From a virus (Duplodnaviria > Caudoviricetes), in the IMG/VR virus record IMGVR_UViG_3300042890_004365, positions 10,510 through 74,509 of that record: 64,000 nt of DNA. One strand, given 5' to 3'. Below the pieces are notes generated by a model, which was not told where the DNA came from, made no database searches, and saw only the letters and a list, made by a program, of their open reading frames with translations. The translations under genes and the position numbers were made by a program. Shown piece by piece: positions 30,474 to 40,928 of this stretch (position 1 is the first letter of the stretch; every line of letters starts with the position of its first letter).

Positions 30474-31379
30474 TTAAAGTTTTTTATCAAATAAATACAA
30501 ATCATATAAAGCATTACCCTTTACATTCTTAATACTTTTTAAAACATCGCCAGTGATAGAATCAAGTACTTTAAAAATTCCCAAATTTACTTGTTTATCA
30601 GTTAAAACTCTAACTGTGTTACCTGGTTGTCCTAATGCACCTAATACAGCAATATATTTATTACCATAAATACTTTTTAAGAATGATATTCTTAACCCAG
30701 CCATATCTTTATTGTTATTTACATAAACATTTTCAAATGGTTTCATTAAGTCTAATTTAGATTCTTCTGTTTCTTTAACTTGTATAGAAGCAAAAGTTTT
30801 ATCTTTTTCACCAATAGTAACTTCTTCTCTGTTTTGAATTTTATTTTGATTTACAAGTGCTTGTTGATTTCTTCTAATTTCATTGAAATCTGCTCTAACA
30901 ACAATACCACCTCTCATACCTTTATCATTCATATTATAACCTGCGGGAGGCAATCTATAGAACGATCCAGTAAAAGTCATAGAAAGTATCCTATCTGTTC
31001 TAAAAAGTCTCCAAATCTTGTTTATGTGTCTTCTTTGAGATACTGACCATCCATTTAAGTGCCAACCTCTCAATAACATCTTACCTTGAGATGAACGTCC
31101 AAGTACCATAGGGTATATAACTCTCTCGTGACCAGCAAAGTGTTTATCTTTTTCTCCTTTGTAGTTTAGTAAAAACATCATACCATATTTAATGGCTTTG
31201 GTCATTATTTGATCAGAATATTTAATCGGTTGATTGATAGGTATATTTGCAATATCCTTAACATTCTTTAATGAAAAACGTGGAATATACTCATTATCTT
31301 CTATTAAGTTATAATGTTCTTTAATAACAAACTCAACTGGTTTATTATTATAAAAGTCTCTAAGTTGTTTTAAATTCAT
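30474..31379 (-). CDS. WYL-domain protein
   Basis: LNYKG..ERVIYPMVLG..LLRGW..WRLFRTDRILSM matches the WYL signature (R.F..DRI); no obvious N-terminal HTH. Confidence 0.7.
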   Translation of the reverse strand: MNLKQLRDFYNNKPVEFVIKEHYNLIEDNEYIPRFSLKNVKDIANIPINQPIKYSDQIMTKAIKYGMMFLLNYKGEKDKHFAGHERVIYPMVLGRSSQGKMLLRGWHLNGWSVSQRRHINKIWRLFRTDRILSMTFTGSFYRLPPAGYNMNDKGMRGGIVVRADFNEIRRNQQALVNQNKIQNREEVTIGEKDKTFASIQVKETEESKLDLMKPFENVYVNNNKDMAGLRISFLKSIYGNKYIAVLGALGQPGNTVRVLTDKQVNLGIFKVLDSITGDVLKSIKNVKGNALYDLYLFDKKL

Positions 31380-31480
31380 AAACTATATATTAAATACATA
31401 ATTCCTAAAAACAAAAAAGAGAAACATTTCTGTTTCTCTTTTTAAAATCCACTAAATGGAAAAAATAGTGTTCTGTTGGA

Positions 31481-31669
31481 TTACTTAGCTACCTCAGTAG
31501 TTTTAGTAGTGTCAACAGTTGTTGAATCTACAGCAGTTGTATCAACTTTAGTAGTATCAACAGCAGTTGTATCAACAGTTGTTGTAGTTGCATCTACAGT
31601 TTCAGTTTTTTTGCAAGATGTTAAAGAAATTGCAGCGATTGCCATTACAGCGAATAATACTTTTTTCAT
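31481..31669 (-). CDS. Small lipoprotein with VDTT repeats
   Basis: MKKVLFAVMAIAAISLTS-C lipobox, then KKTE and repeated VDTT/VDST; start revised to ATG 31669. Confidence 0.8.
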   Translation of the reverse strand: MKKVLFAVMAIAAISLTSCKKTETVDATTTTVDTTAVDTTKVDTTAVDSTTVDTTKTTEVAK

Positions 31670-31787
31670 AGTTTTTTGTTTTTTTAATTTTTTTACATGA
31701 TTATATATCATGAAAATTATCCTTTGTTTAGTAAAAAGTGAAAATATTTTTTTAATATATAGTTCTAATAAAAAACATAATTAAATA

Positions 31788-32510
31788 ATGTCAATAAACA
31801 GTAGAGAAGATGCAAATAAATATTATCAAGTAGTAAATAAGCTAGTTGATGAATATATTGATAAATGGAAAATTAAACCTACTAACTTAAAAAGATATTT
31901 AAAGAATGGTTCCGATAAATTTGAAAAGTTTATAGATAGAAATGGTTTAAAAGACATAAATGGTATTAAACAGGTTATAAATGATGTTATTGAAGATAGA
32001 GTTCATATGGAATCAGATGGAGTTTTAACATTTGAAAGTTTTAAAGTATTTGAATCAGACGAATTTAAAATTACTTCAATTATTCAATGTCTTTATAAAG
32101 GTATTGGCAAAACTGATATTAAAGCAGAGAAGTTTTTGGCAGATTATTTTGATGCAAATTTAAGTCAGATAGATATAGTTGATACAGATAAACATATGTT
32201 TAAAATTAGTAATTGGGAAAATGAAGATCTTTTAGTAATTGTTTATAATAAAGATGAATTTGATATTATCAAAGAGAATATAAAAGAACATTTATATGAT
32301 GAACTTCTTAAACAACAAATTGATTTAATTGTTGGTGTGTCTTTAAAACTAAATACAATTATAGATAAAGATAAATTTAATACAGATATAGAATCTAAGT
32401 TGAGTGATAGTCTAATAACTGATTTAATAAATGATTCTCTTGAAATGAACTATACAAAGTTTGATTTTGAAAAAACAGATGATTATTATCTTTGGATTAA
32501 GAAACAATAA
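31788..32510 (+). CDS. Hypothetical protein
   Basis: Late box at 31752; internal VLTFESFKVFES; terminator at 32513-32540. Confidence 0.7.
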   Translation: MSINSREDANKYYQVVNKLVDEYIDKWKIKPTNLKRYLKNGSDKFEKFIDRNGLKDINGIKQVINDVIEDRVHMESDGVLTFESFKVFESDEFKITSIIQCLYKGIGKTDIKAEKFLADYFDANLSQIDIVDTDKHMFKISNWENEDLLVIVYNKDEFDIIKENIKEHLYDELLKQQIDLIVGVSLKLNTIIDKDKFNTDIESKLSDSLITDLINDSLEMNYTKFDFEKTDDYYLWIKKQ

Positions 32511-32590
32511 ATAAAAAGAGAGTTATAACTCTCTTTTTTTATTTTATGAGAATAATATTTTAATATATACATAAAAATATTAAATTATAT

Positions 32591-33625
32591 ATGCCAGTTT
32601 TATATACATCATTTGCAAGTCCCATCGTCTCTAGAAGGTGGAGTGACGTACAGGAATTATTAAACCAGTTACAAGATAATAATGCAAATCTTATTTTTGC
32701 AGAAGATGTTAGAGATGCGGTATATACACTTTGGGAAAGAGTAGAAGAAGTGGCTATAGTTGCGGCTTCTGCGTCATTGGCATCACCATATTTTCAAAAT
32801 CCAAATCCTACAACTATTGAAGTAGGTGGTATTGCAGAAGGAACAACATTCTCTACTCCACAAACAGTTCAACAAATGTTTGATGCTCTTTTATATCCAT
32901 ATGTGGCACCAATATTAAGTTTATCTGGACTTTTCGGACAACCTTTAACTAATAAAGAATATGGTGCACCTCTAAATTCAACATTACTTTGGAGTGTTAC
33001 TAAGAAATCTAATACAATCACATCAATTAATGTTAATAGTCAAATAATACTTCCAGTAAATGGTGGTGATCAAAGTGGAATAAGGGGAGTAACGGGAACA
33101 TGGAGTACTCCAGCAGTTTCTACTCTAAATACCTTTACAATGAGTGTTAGTGATGGAACAAATACAACCTCAACAAGTACATCATACGAGTGGATGAATA
33201 AAATATATTGGGGAAGATTAGATCTTACATCAATATTAAATCCAGACTTATCAGATCCTAATACACGTAATTCACGTATTAATACTATTGTTACAAATTT
33301 TTTCCCTAACTCTAGTAGTGGAAGTGCACGAATTCGAGGATTGACTGGAGCAGGTGTTTCTCCAGGTAATATTTTATCTAAAGTAAAGAATAAAACTTAT
33401 ACTAATATAAATGGTGCTGGTGGATATTTAGTATTTGCTTGGCCAAGTAGTGTTCCAAATGCAACAACACCAGAATTTAAAGTAAATGGATTTACAAGTA
33501 CGGGGTTTAGTCCACTATTAACTAATTTTAGTTTTATAAACACATATGGTATTATAACAAACTATGAGGTTTGGATATCACATACCGCACAGAATTCACC
33601 ATTGAATCCAGTAATAATAAGTTAA
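32591..33625 (+). CDS. Probable tail-fibre-associated structural protein
   Basis: Ser/Thr/Asn-rich, predicted beta-rich; VQQMFDALLYPY and YLVFAWP motifs; directly upstream of the long fibre gene. Confidence 0.55.
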   Translation: MPVLYTSFASPIVSRRWSDVQELLNQLQDNNANLIFAEDVRDAVYTLWERVEEVAIVAASASLASPYFQNPNPTTIEVGGIAEGTTFSTPQTVQQMFDALLYPYVAPILSLSGLFGQPLTNKEYGAPLNSTLLWSVTKKSNTITSINVNSQIILPVNGGDQSGIRGVTGTWSTPAVSTLNTFTMSVSDGTNTTSTSTSYEWMNKIYWGRLDLTSILNPDLSDPNTRNSRINTIVTNFFPNSSSGSARIRGLTGAGVSPGNILSKVKNKTYTNINGAGGYLVFAWPSSVPNATTPEFKVNGFTSTGFSPLLTNFSFINTYGIITNYEVWISHTAQNSPLNPVIIS

Positions 33626-33643
33626 AAAAAATATAGAATATAA

Positions 33644-36600
33644 ATGCAAAATTCAGGAACTTTAATATCAGCACCAATTCGTCCAAATGATTCATTAGAT
33701 CAATATGCATCAGCATTTGCTAATGAAATAAAAGGTGGTTCACATGGATATGAAACATATGTTGAAATGTTTGACATAATAGAAGCAAGAAGAGAGTGGG
33801 GTATGTTAGTAAATGTTTACAATGATTCTGATCCTGATCTTAACGGTACATATCAACTTAAACATGGTTATTATAATAACGATATATTAGATAACTCAAA
33901 TTGGGAAAAACTCAATTTAGGCGAGAATACATCAACTGAATGGGTTGACTCAGTAATTTCAATTTTAACTATTGAGCCTACATTAGAACCTTTTCCAGGT
34001 CACAGATACTTACTTGGAACTATTCCTAGTTTATCTCCATTAGGCACAAACTGGGATAATTATTCATATGGAACAATAATTGTAGAGTATAGTAACGTAG
34101 GTTTATGGAAAGTTACTATTCCAACTAATGGTATGACTGTTAGAGTTGATAATGATAATAATTCAATTTATAAATATGAGGGGACTTATCCTAATGGAAT
34201 ATGGAAGCAAGAGAAGATAACACAAGTTTTTTATATTGAACCTTCAGGAAATGGTTTAACTTACTCAGTAAGTACTGATCCAATATTTAACGAATATAGT
34301 AGAGACTTAATATTTTTAACTAAATTTAATACAGCCAATAATGGTACAGCATCAATCAATATAAATGGATTAGGATATAAAGATATTAAAATTGCAACTA
34401 AAAATGGAGTAAGAGATCTTATAATAACTGATATTATAACAAATGGTATTTATAGTTTAACATATAATGGAACCTACTTTCAAATGACTAAACCATTTCC
34501 ATCAGATGCTTATAATATTCAATATTATATAGGACCTGGTGAGGTTGTTACTGTTGAAGAAAATGAACAGTATTGGGTCTATGGTGATTTAACAATAGAC
34601 GGGGGTGTAATGCAGAACTATGGACATGTAGTTATAGCAAATGGTGCAGTAAATCTTGTAAATGGTGGTGCTTTTAATAATAATATGGCAGGTGAGTTGA
34701 TTTTAGTTGACTTAACAAATACTATTGCTTTTAATACGACTGATACTATTCAATTATCATCAGAGATGACTGTAAATGGTCCTTCTGTCTCTGCAATAGT
34801 TTTAGATAATAGTTTAAAAACAAATCATCTAAATTCAATAAACACAGCAACCGCAAGTTGGATTGTTTCTAATGATGGAAATGGTTCATTTCAATGGGAA
34901 GAATTTAATGCATTATCTTTAAGTTATGTACCATCCGGACTAACATTAACAGCAAATAATGTACAAGGTGCTATAGATCAATTAGATTCATTAGTAACAG
35001 ATGATAATGTAATAATGGTTAAAAAGGGTGCAACTGGTTCAGGTCAATATGAAACAATTAATGAGGCATTGGATTCAATACTAAGTCCATCTGTTACAAA
35101 TAGATGGACAATTGCAGTAGGTGCAGGTGATTTCTATGAAGATACAATTACAATGAAACCCTGGGTTAATATTGTAGGACGTGATAGAACAACAAGAATT
35201 ATTGCAGCAACTTCAAGTCAACATGTCTTTATTGGTGCTGACTTCGCATCTGTTATATCTTGTTTAGTTACAGGAGCTGGACCTGGATATGCGGCATTTT
35301 ATCATACATCTCCAACGGGTACTGCACAAAGTGCATTTGTTATAAAAGATGTTATATTTGGTGAAAATGATAGTCATGTTATTTGTTATGCAGATACAAA
35401 TCAAACAACCGTACAAGTTATTGATTGTAGATATGGTGATGATTTTATATTTGATAAAGGGTTTTATGCTTATAATAATAGTTTTCCAACACCTAGTTCA
35501 GTTGCAGCAAGAATATTACTTTTACATTGTTATTCACAAGGTATGTCTGCAGTTACAAAACCTACATATTTTGCCAAAGCAAGTGGTGAAAATTGTGAAA
35601 TTGTAATGAACTCTGTTCAAGCAAATGCAGCGGGCACTATTCAATTAGGAACAACATTTTTAATTATAGAGAATGGTGCAAAATGTAGATTAAATGCAGT
35701 AAACTTCACAAATTGGGATAAAGGAATTTGGGTTCCTTTTTTAAATATTGTTGGTGAACTTGGTTCTAAACTAATTGGAGTTGCTGTTTCTTGTCAAAGT
35801 ACAAATGATCATATACTTATTGAAAATGAAGATACTTATGGACAATTAAGTGGAACTTTTGAGAAAGCAAAAGTTACAACTTTATCATCTGATGTTAGTT
35901 TAACTTATGCAGATCCAGAAGTTGGTGACTTTACTATTGCAGGTGGATTAAATGTTACTTATACACCAACGGTAACTACTGATATTTCTACACTTATAGA
36001 AAGATCATCTACAATGGGTGTTATTGAAGGTGGTTACATAACAGAAGGTTTAGGATTAACTTTAAGTGTGGCTGCTGGTTTTGGTTATTATCATATTAAT
36101 AGTAGTAATATATTAAATAGATTTGATTGGCCAACAACAGAGATAAGTATTCCATCAAACTCAACATATTATATTTATTTTAACTCATCAAATCAACTAA
36201 TTTATGATGTTAGTATTCCTGATACATCAGAAAATATACTATTAGGTAGAGTAAGAACTAACACAATAGGATTTGAGTTTATTGAAAGGACACCTTTATT
36301 TGCTGAACATTGGGCAAATAAAGCAACTAAATTATTTAGAAAAGGTATTGGTCCAGTTTACTCAAATGGTTCTATTGTTAGTGAAAATGCAACTCAATCA
36401 TTACATTTAGATGTGTCACAAGGTACTTACTATTATGGTGCCAATGAGTTTAATCCAGCAGGTGGAACTGATATTACATTTGAAAGCTATAGACCTGATG
36501 GGTTAGGTGATTGGATAGTAGTTGCTACTAATTCAGTAGATAATACTTATTATTCAGGTACTAACTCACTAATTGCATTAAGTACTGGTTATTTTGCAAA

Positions 36601-38392
36601 ACACTCACTATATTTAGTAGGAGATAATGGTGAAGAAAGATATTTTATGGTTTATGATAACTCAGAACATATTGATTTATTATCTGCACAGGTTGCTTCT
36701 TTACCAATACCACCAAGTTATTTTAGTGATGCAGTAGCACTTATTGCAGGTATTGTAGTTCAACAAGGAACTTCAAGTATTGTAGAGATTAGAGATCAAA
36801 GACCAGTAGTTGGGTTTAGAGCCGCAGGAATTAATGCATCTGCAGACCACTCTTCATTAATAAACTTAGCTGCGGATGACCATCAACAATACTTATTAAC
36901 AAATGGTGCAAGAATATTAACTGGTGATTTACAAATGGGCAGTTACTCTATTCAAGGTGTTAATCTAATCAACTCAATTAATATAGAATCACACGCATCA
37001 AGACATTTACCTGGTGCAATTGACGGATTATTAACTGGTACACCATCAACAATTGGAGTTACTAATCAAATTGGTAGTATAGCAGCATTTGCAAGACAAG
37101 ACCATATTCATGCTCACGGTAATTTAGATGGTGGTTCATTACACGCTTTAGTAACTACTACACAATCAGGATTTATGTCTTTTGGAGATAAAGTTATATT
37201 GGATAATATTACAAGTTCAACACAATCTTTAACTAATAAAGGTATTACTGGTTCAACTAACTATGTTGATGCAAATGGATTGAAAACAACAACAGATCCA
37301 GTTTATATTGTTTCTACTGCACCAAGTATTGGACAAGTTTTAATATCAACATCAGCAACTCAGGCAACTTGGCAAACTATTCCTACAGGTACACCATCAA
37401 CAATTGGTACTGTTAGTCAGATTGGTACAAGTTCAAACTATGCAAGACAAGACCATATACATTCACATGGTGACCAAGCAGGTGGTAGTTTACACGCAAC
37501 TGCATCTACAACAACTGCTGGGTTTATGTCTGCTAATGATAAAGTTATATTAGATAATATTACAAGTTCAACTCAATCTTTAACTAATAAGACAATTATT
37601 GGAACAACTAACTATGTTGATACAAATGGATTGAAAACAACAACCAATCCAGTTTATATTGTGGCTACAGCACCAAGTGTTAATCAAGTCTTAATGGCTA
37701 TATCTGCTACTCAAGCAACTTGGCAAACACCTGCTTTGGCAACTAGTACTCAATCAGGATTTATGTCTTTTGGAGATAAAGTTATATTGGATAATATAAC
37801 AAGTTCAACACAATCTTTAACTAATAAAGGTATAACAGGATCAACTAACTATGTAGAAACAAATGCATTAAAAACAAATACAAATCCAGTTTATATAGTG
37901 GCAACTGCACCAAGTATAGGACAAGTATTAACTGCGGTATCTGCAACTGCAGCAACTTGGCAAACACCAACTGCTGCCAGTACACAAAAAAATCCAACAG
38001 ATCCTACAGTAACATCTTCTACAGTTGGTGTAATGATGGGATTATCTGCATCTATAACACCTGTATTATCTGGTAAGATAATGATTATTATATCAGGAGA
38101 TATGGACAATGATACAGGTGATGATGGTGCACAAGTACAAATGATAACTGGAACTGGAACACCACCAATAAATGGTGCTGCCTTAACTGGTACTACACAA
38201 GGTGGTTTAGTTAAAATGAGTGTTGTTGTATCAGGTGGTGCAACAGCAGTAACAAGAGTACCATTCTCATTAAATGCAATTGTAACTGGATTAACATTAA
38301 ATACTGCAGTTTGGATTGATATAAGTTTGGCTGCAATTGGTGCTGGTAATGCAAGAGTTAGAGATGTAAGTATTTCAGTAGTTGAATTATAA
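33644..38392 (+). CDS. Long tail fibre/spike protein with beta-helix-like region and C-terminal repeats
   Basis: 1582 aa; YETINEALDSI..IAVGAGDFYE..MKPWVNIVG resembles a pectin-lyase-like entry; ARQDHIH and GFMS..DK repeats. Confidence 0.65.
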   Translation: MQNSGTLISAPIRPNDSLDQYASAFANEIKGGSHGYETYVEMFDIIEARREWGMLVNVYNDSDPDLNGTYQLKHGYYNNDILDNSNWEKLNLGENTSTEWVDSVISILTIEPTLEPFPGHRYLLGTIPSLSPLGTNWDNYSYGTIIVEYSNVGLWKVTIPTNGMTVRVDNDNNSIYKYEGTYPNGIWKQEKITQVFYIEPSGNGLTYSVSTDPIFNEYSRDLIFLTKFNTANNGTASININGLGYKDIKIATKNGVRDLIITDIITNGIYSLTYNGTYFQMTKPFPSDAYNIQYYIGPGEVVTVEENEQYWVYGDLTIDGGVMQNYGHVVIANGAVNLVNGGAFNNNMAGELILVDLTNTIAFNTTDTIQLSSEMTVNGPSVSAIVLDNSLKTNHLNSINTATASWIVSNDGNGSFQWEEFNALSLSYVPSGLTLTANNVQGAIDQLDSLVTDDNVIMVKKGATGSGQYETINEALDSILSPSVTNRWTIAVGAGDFYEDTITMKPWVNIVGRDRTTRIIAATSSQHVFIGADFASVISCLVTGAGPGYAAFYHTSPTGTAQSAFVIKDVIFGENDSHVICYADTNQTTVQVIDCRYGDDFIFDKGFYAYNNSFPTPSSVAARILLLHCYSQGMSAVTKPTYFAKASGENCEIVMNSVQANAAGTIQLGTTFLIIENGAKCRLNAVNFTNWDKGIWVPFLNIVGELGSKLIGVAVSCQSTNDHILIENEDTYGQLSGTFEKAKVTTLSSDVSLTYADPEVGDFTIAGGLNVTYTPTVTTDISTLIERSSTMGVIEGGYITEGLGLTLSVAAGFGYYHINSSNILNRFDWPTTEISIPSNSTYYIYFNSSNQLIYDVSIPDTSENILLGRVRTNTIGFEFIERTPLFAEHWANKATKLFRKGIGPVYSNGSIVSENATQSLHLDVSQGTYYYGANEFNPAGGTDITFESYRPDGLGDWIVVATNSVDNTYYSGTNSLIALSTGYFAKHSLYLVGDNGEERYFMVYDNSEHIDLLSAQVASLPIPPSYFSDAVALIAGIVVQQGTSSIVEIRDQRPVVGFRAAGINASADHSSLINLAADDHQQYLLTNGARILTGDLQMGSYSIQGVNLINSINIESHASRHLPGAIDGLLTGTPSTIGVTNQIGSIAAFARQDHIHAHGNLDGGSLHALVTTTQSGFMSFGDKVILDNITSSTQSLTNKGITGSTNYVDANGLKTTTDPVYIVSTAPSIGQVLISTSATQATWQTIPTGTPSTIGTVSQIGTSSNYARQDHIHSHGDQAGGSLHATASTTTAGFMSANDKVILDNITSSTQSLTNKTIIGTTNYVDTNGLKTTTNPVYIVATAPSVNQVLMAISATQATWQTPALATSTQSGFMSFGDKVILDNITSSTQSLTNKGITGSTNYVETNALKTNTNPVYIVATAPSIGQVLTAVSATAATWQTPTAASTQKNPTDPTVTSSTVGVMMGLSASITPVLSGKIMIIISGDMDNDTGDDGAQVQMITGTGTPPINGAALTGTTQGGLVKMSVVVSGGATAVTRVPFSLNAIVTGLTLNTAVWIDISLAAIGAGNARVRDVSISVVEL
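37030..37970 (+). repeat. Three copies of a roughly 75-aa module (GFMS.GDKVILDNITSSTQSLTNK...ATWQT) with two GTPSTIG..ARQDHIH units
   Basis: Near-identical DNA caatcaggatttatgtcttttggagataaagttatattggataatat near 37162 and 37751; variant near 37520. Confidence 0.85.
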
Positions 38393-38402
38393 TATATAGT
38401 AT

Positions 38403-39149
38403 ATGAAAGTAGATAAATATTTTGAATTTGTACAAGCTGATTTTGAACCAGTAAAATCATTTCACTTAAAAGATGAATTGAATCCTAAAATATGGACTGA
38501 TTTTGAAATTGATGAAGAAGTAAGGGAAAATCTATTAAGAATCGCACAAGACTTTTACAACTCGACTACTTTAGAAGCTGATGTAAAAGATGTTGTTCTA
38601 ACAGGTTCATTATCAAACTATAACTGGTCTGAAAAATACTCAGATTATGACTTACATATATTAATAGATTTTACTGAAGTTAATGAAGATATAGAATTAG
38701 TTAAAAAATATGTAGACTCCGCAAAAAATAACTTTAACAAAGAACATGATATTAATATCAAAGGTTATGAAGTAGAAGTTTATATACAAGATGTTTCAGA
38801 AGATCACAAAGCAAGTGGTATGTTTTCACTACTTAACAATAAATGGTTAGTAAAACCCGAAAAAGTTGATTTTGAACCAGATGATGAACAAATCAGAGAG
38901 AAAGGTAAATCAGTAATGATGTTGATTGATGATTTAGAAGATGAAGTAGATGAAGACAAATATGAACAATTTAGTGAAAAGATTAAAAAAGTTTGGGAAA
39001 AGATTAAAAACTATAGAAAAAGTGGATTAGAAAGTGAAGGTGGTGAGTTTTCACTAGGTAATTTAGTATTTAAGCTTCTAAGAAGAAATGGGTATATTGA
39101 AAAAGTTATGAAACTTAAAAGATATGCTTATGATAAACAATTTGAATAA
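38403..39149 (+). CDS. Pol-beta-superfamily nucleotidyltransferase
   Basis: LTGSLSNYNW..SDYDLH (GS..DxD) and VEVYIQD; late box at 38390. Confidence 0.75.
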   Translation: MKVDKYFEFVQADFEPVKSFHLKDELNPKIWTDFEIDEEVRENLLRIAQDFYNSTTLEADVKDVVLTGSLSNYNWSEKYSDYDLHILIDFTEVNEDIELVKKYVDSAKNNFNKEHDINIKGYEVEVYIQDVSEDHKASGMFSLLNNKWLVKPEKVDFEPDDEQIREKGKSVMMLIDDLEDEVDEDKYEQFSEKIKKVWEKIKNYRKSGLESEGGEFSLGNLVFKLLRRNGYIEKVMKLKRYAYDKQFE

Positions 39150-39151
39150 TT

Positions 39152-39856
39152 ATGAACATTAGAATAGAGGAAATAGAAACAGCTTTTAAAGAGATTTTCA
39201 GCGAAGAAGATGGTGTAGTTACATCAATAGACACAGTTTATGAAAAATCTGATGATGAACAGTTTTTAAAACTTGTAATTTGTTTACACGGTTTATCAAC
39301 TGAAGACATATCTATTATACACACCAAATTTATATTTAAAACTGATCTGAATAAAAGAAATATTATTGATAATTCATTTTTATATCTTTATGATATAAAC
39401 TGTGTTTATCATAAAATAGAATTTACTAGTATTATCGATATGAAAAAGAAAATTGATGATATTATTGAATCCAATAACTTTGGAGAAGATATACAAATAC
39501 TTTCCGACTTTATCGAAGCACCTGCAATGTTCTTAAATTACTATATGAAAAGAGCAAAGATTACAGAATATTCAGTATTTGAAGTAGAATATGAACCTAA
39601 GTTTAAAATGGTTTCTTGTGATAAAACTACATTCGACTTTAAAGTAAATATAAATAATAGTTATGATATTGAATTATCAATACATAAAATTGATAAAGAC
39701 ATTACAGAAGATCCAGAAGATCAGGATAAATATAAATTCCAATTTAGATTTATGGATGAAATAGAAACAATTGAAGTTGATGGAATTAAAAACATTCACT
39801 ATTTAATTGGTTCTAATATTGCCAAACTATTAGATAGAAAGTTAAAAAATCAATAA
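39152..39856 (+). CDS. Hypothetical protein
   Basis: 234-aa ORF immediately after the NTase gene. Confidence 0.7.
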   Translation: MNIRIEEIETAFKEIFSEEDGVVTSIDTVYEKSDDEQFLKLVICLHGLSTEDISIIHTKFIFKTDLNKRNIIDNSFLYLYDINCVYHKIEFTSIIDMKKKIDDIIESNNFGEDIQILSDFIEAPAMFLNYYMKRAKITEYSVFEVEYEPKFKMVSCDKTTFDFKVNINNSYDIELSIHKIDKDITEDPEDQDKYKFQFRFMDEIETIEVDGIKNIHYLIGSNIAKLLDRKLKNQ

Positions 39857-39866
39857 AAAAAGAGGA

Positions 39867-40832
39867 TTATAAATCCTCTTTTATTTCTTCTTTGATATTT
39901 AACATTTTTCCAGTTTCTGGATCATAGTTCATAATCAATAATTCAATACCCTTTTCCTTATCAACACCCTCTACTTTATTCTTAATTACGGCAGATGGTC
40001 TATGAAATTCTTTTGAAGTCCAAAGATATTCGTCTCTTGGTAATAATTCTTCTAATAAAGGAAAATAGTAATATGATAATGACCATCTACTTTTAGAACT
40101 CTTTAATAATTCTAATAAACGTCTATGTGAAGAAATTCCAAAGGTGTTCTCTGTGTCACATCCATACCAAAATAATCTTCTACCATCATCATCATTTTTT
40201 AAGTCATTAAAACGAGCGTAAGGTGGGTCTAAATACATATAAGTATCTTCTGCATCATACATTGTAATAACATCTTCAAAATCTAAATTATGAAAGTCTG
40301 TAATTTTTTGTAATCTTTCGGTATATTTATTCTTCTCTAATTTATTGATTAAAATTAAAAGATTTAATTTGTTTGTTTTTTTCTTAAATCCAGTAAATCC
40401 ACCACCTCTAGGATAAACAGAACTAAAACTTGATGTAATTAAGAATGCATAAATTGCACCTACTTTAAAATCACCAATCTCAAAGTTCATATCGTCTAAG
40501 AAATCATTGGTAACGTAAGTTCTGTAGATTGCTTTAAAGAAATCCCATTTTTTATCTACTTCTGTTTCAGTAGTATAAAGTAAACCACCTGGTGCCAATA
40601 AGGATTTAAGTTCCACTAAGAAATCTTGTGGTTGAGAACAACATTTCATTAGATTTGCTTGATGTCTATTTCTGTCATTAAATATAACATTAGTAAACTC
40701 TAAGTTAGAATCTAAATATATTGCGAATGAGCCAGAAAAGGGCTCGATGTATGTTTTACAATCTGTTGGGATGTTAGGTGTGATAAAGGATTGAAAGTTG
40801 GCCTTGCCCCCGAAATATGATATTACCGACAT
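39867..40832 (-). CDS. DNA N6-adenine methyltransferase (Dam/D12 class)
   Basis: YFGGKA, YIEPFSGS, IFND, YLDPPY motif IV, ELLIMNY. Confidence 0.88.
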   Translation of the reverse strand: MSVISYFGGKANFQSFITPNIPTDCKTYIEPFSGSFAIYLDSNLEFTNVIFNDRNRHQANLMKCCSQPQDFLVELKSLLAPGGLLYTTETEVDKKWDFFKAIYRTYVTNDFLDDMNFEIGDFKVGAIYAFLITSSFSSVYPRGGGFTGFKKKTNKLNLLILINKLEKNKYTERLQKITDFHNLDFEDVITMYDAEDTYMYLDPPYARFNDLKNDDDGRRLFWYGCDTENTFGISSHRRLLELLKSSKSRWSLSYYYFPLLEELLPRDEYLWTSKEFHRPSAVIKNKVEGVDKEKGIELLIMNYDPETGKMLNIKEEIKEDL

Positions 40833-40875
40833 TTTTATATAGTTTTTATTGTTTATATAATTTTATTGAAAAATG

Positions 40876-40906
40876 TTTGGTATATAATTTTTTTTTATTA
40901 CTTTTG
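40876..40906 (+). promoter_or_regulatory. Bacteroidota housekeeping-type promoter TTTG-N19-TACTTTTG
   Basis: Matches the -33 TTTG / -7 TAnnTTTG consensus and spacing; other -7 boxes at 45217-45224 (-), 51845-51852 (+), 26489-26496 (+). Confidence 0.65.
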
Positions 40907-40928
40907 TCAAGATAAAAAATAGAAAAAT

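Noticed and set aside
37030-37970. DGR template/variable repeat pair in the fibre gene
   Set aside because: All copies are in-frame coding modules, differences do not look adenine-specific, and no reverse transcriptase is in the window
37891-38460. 189-aa antisense ORF and other short antisense ORFs in the track
   Set aside because: Opposite well-supported genes, with no promoter box or recognisable motif
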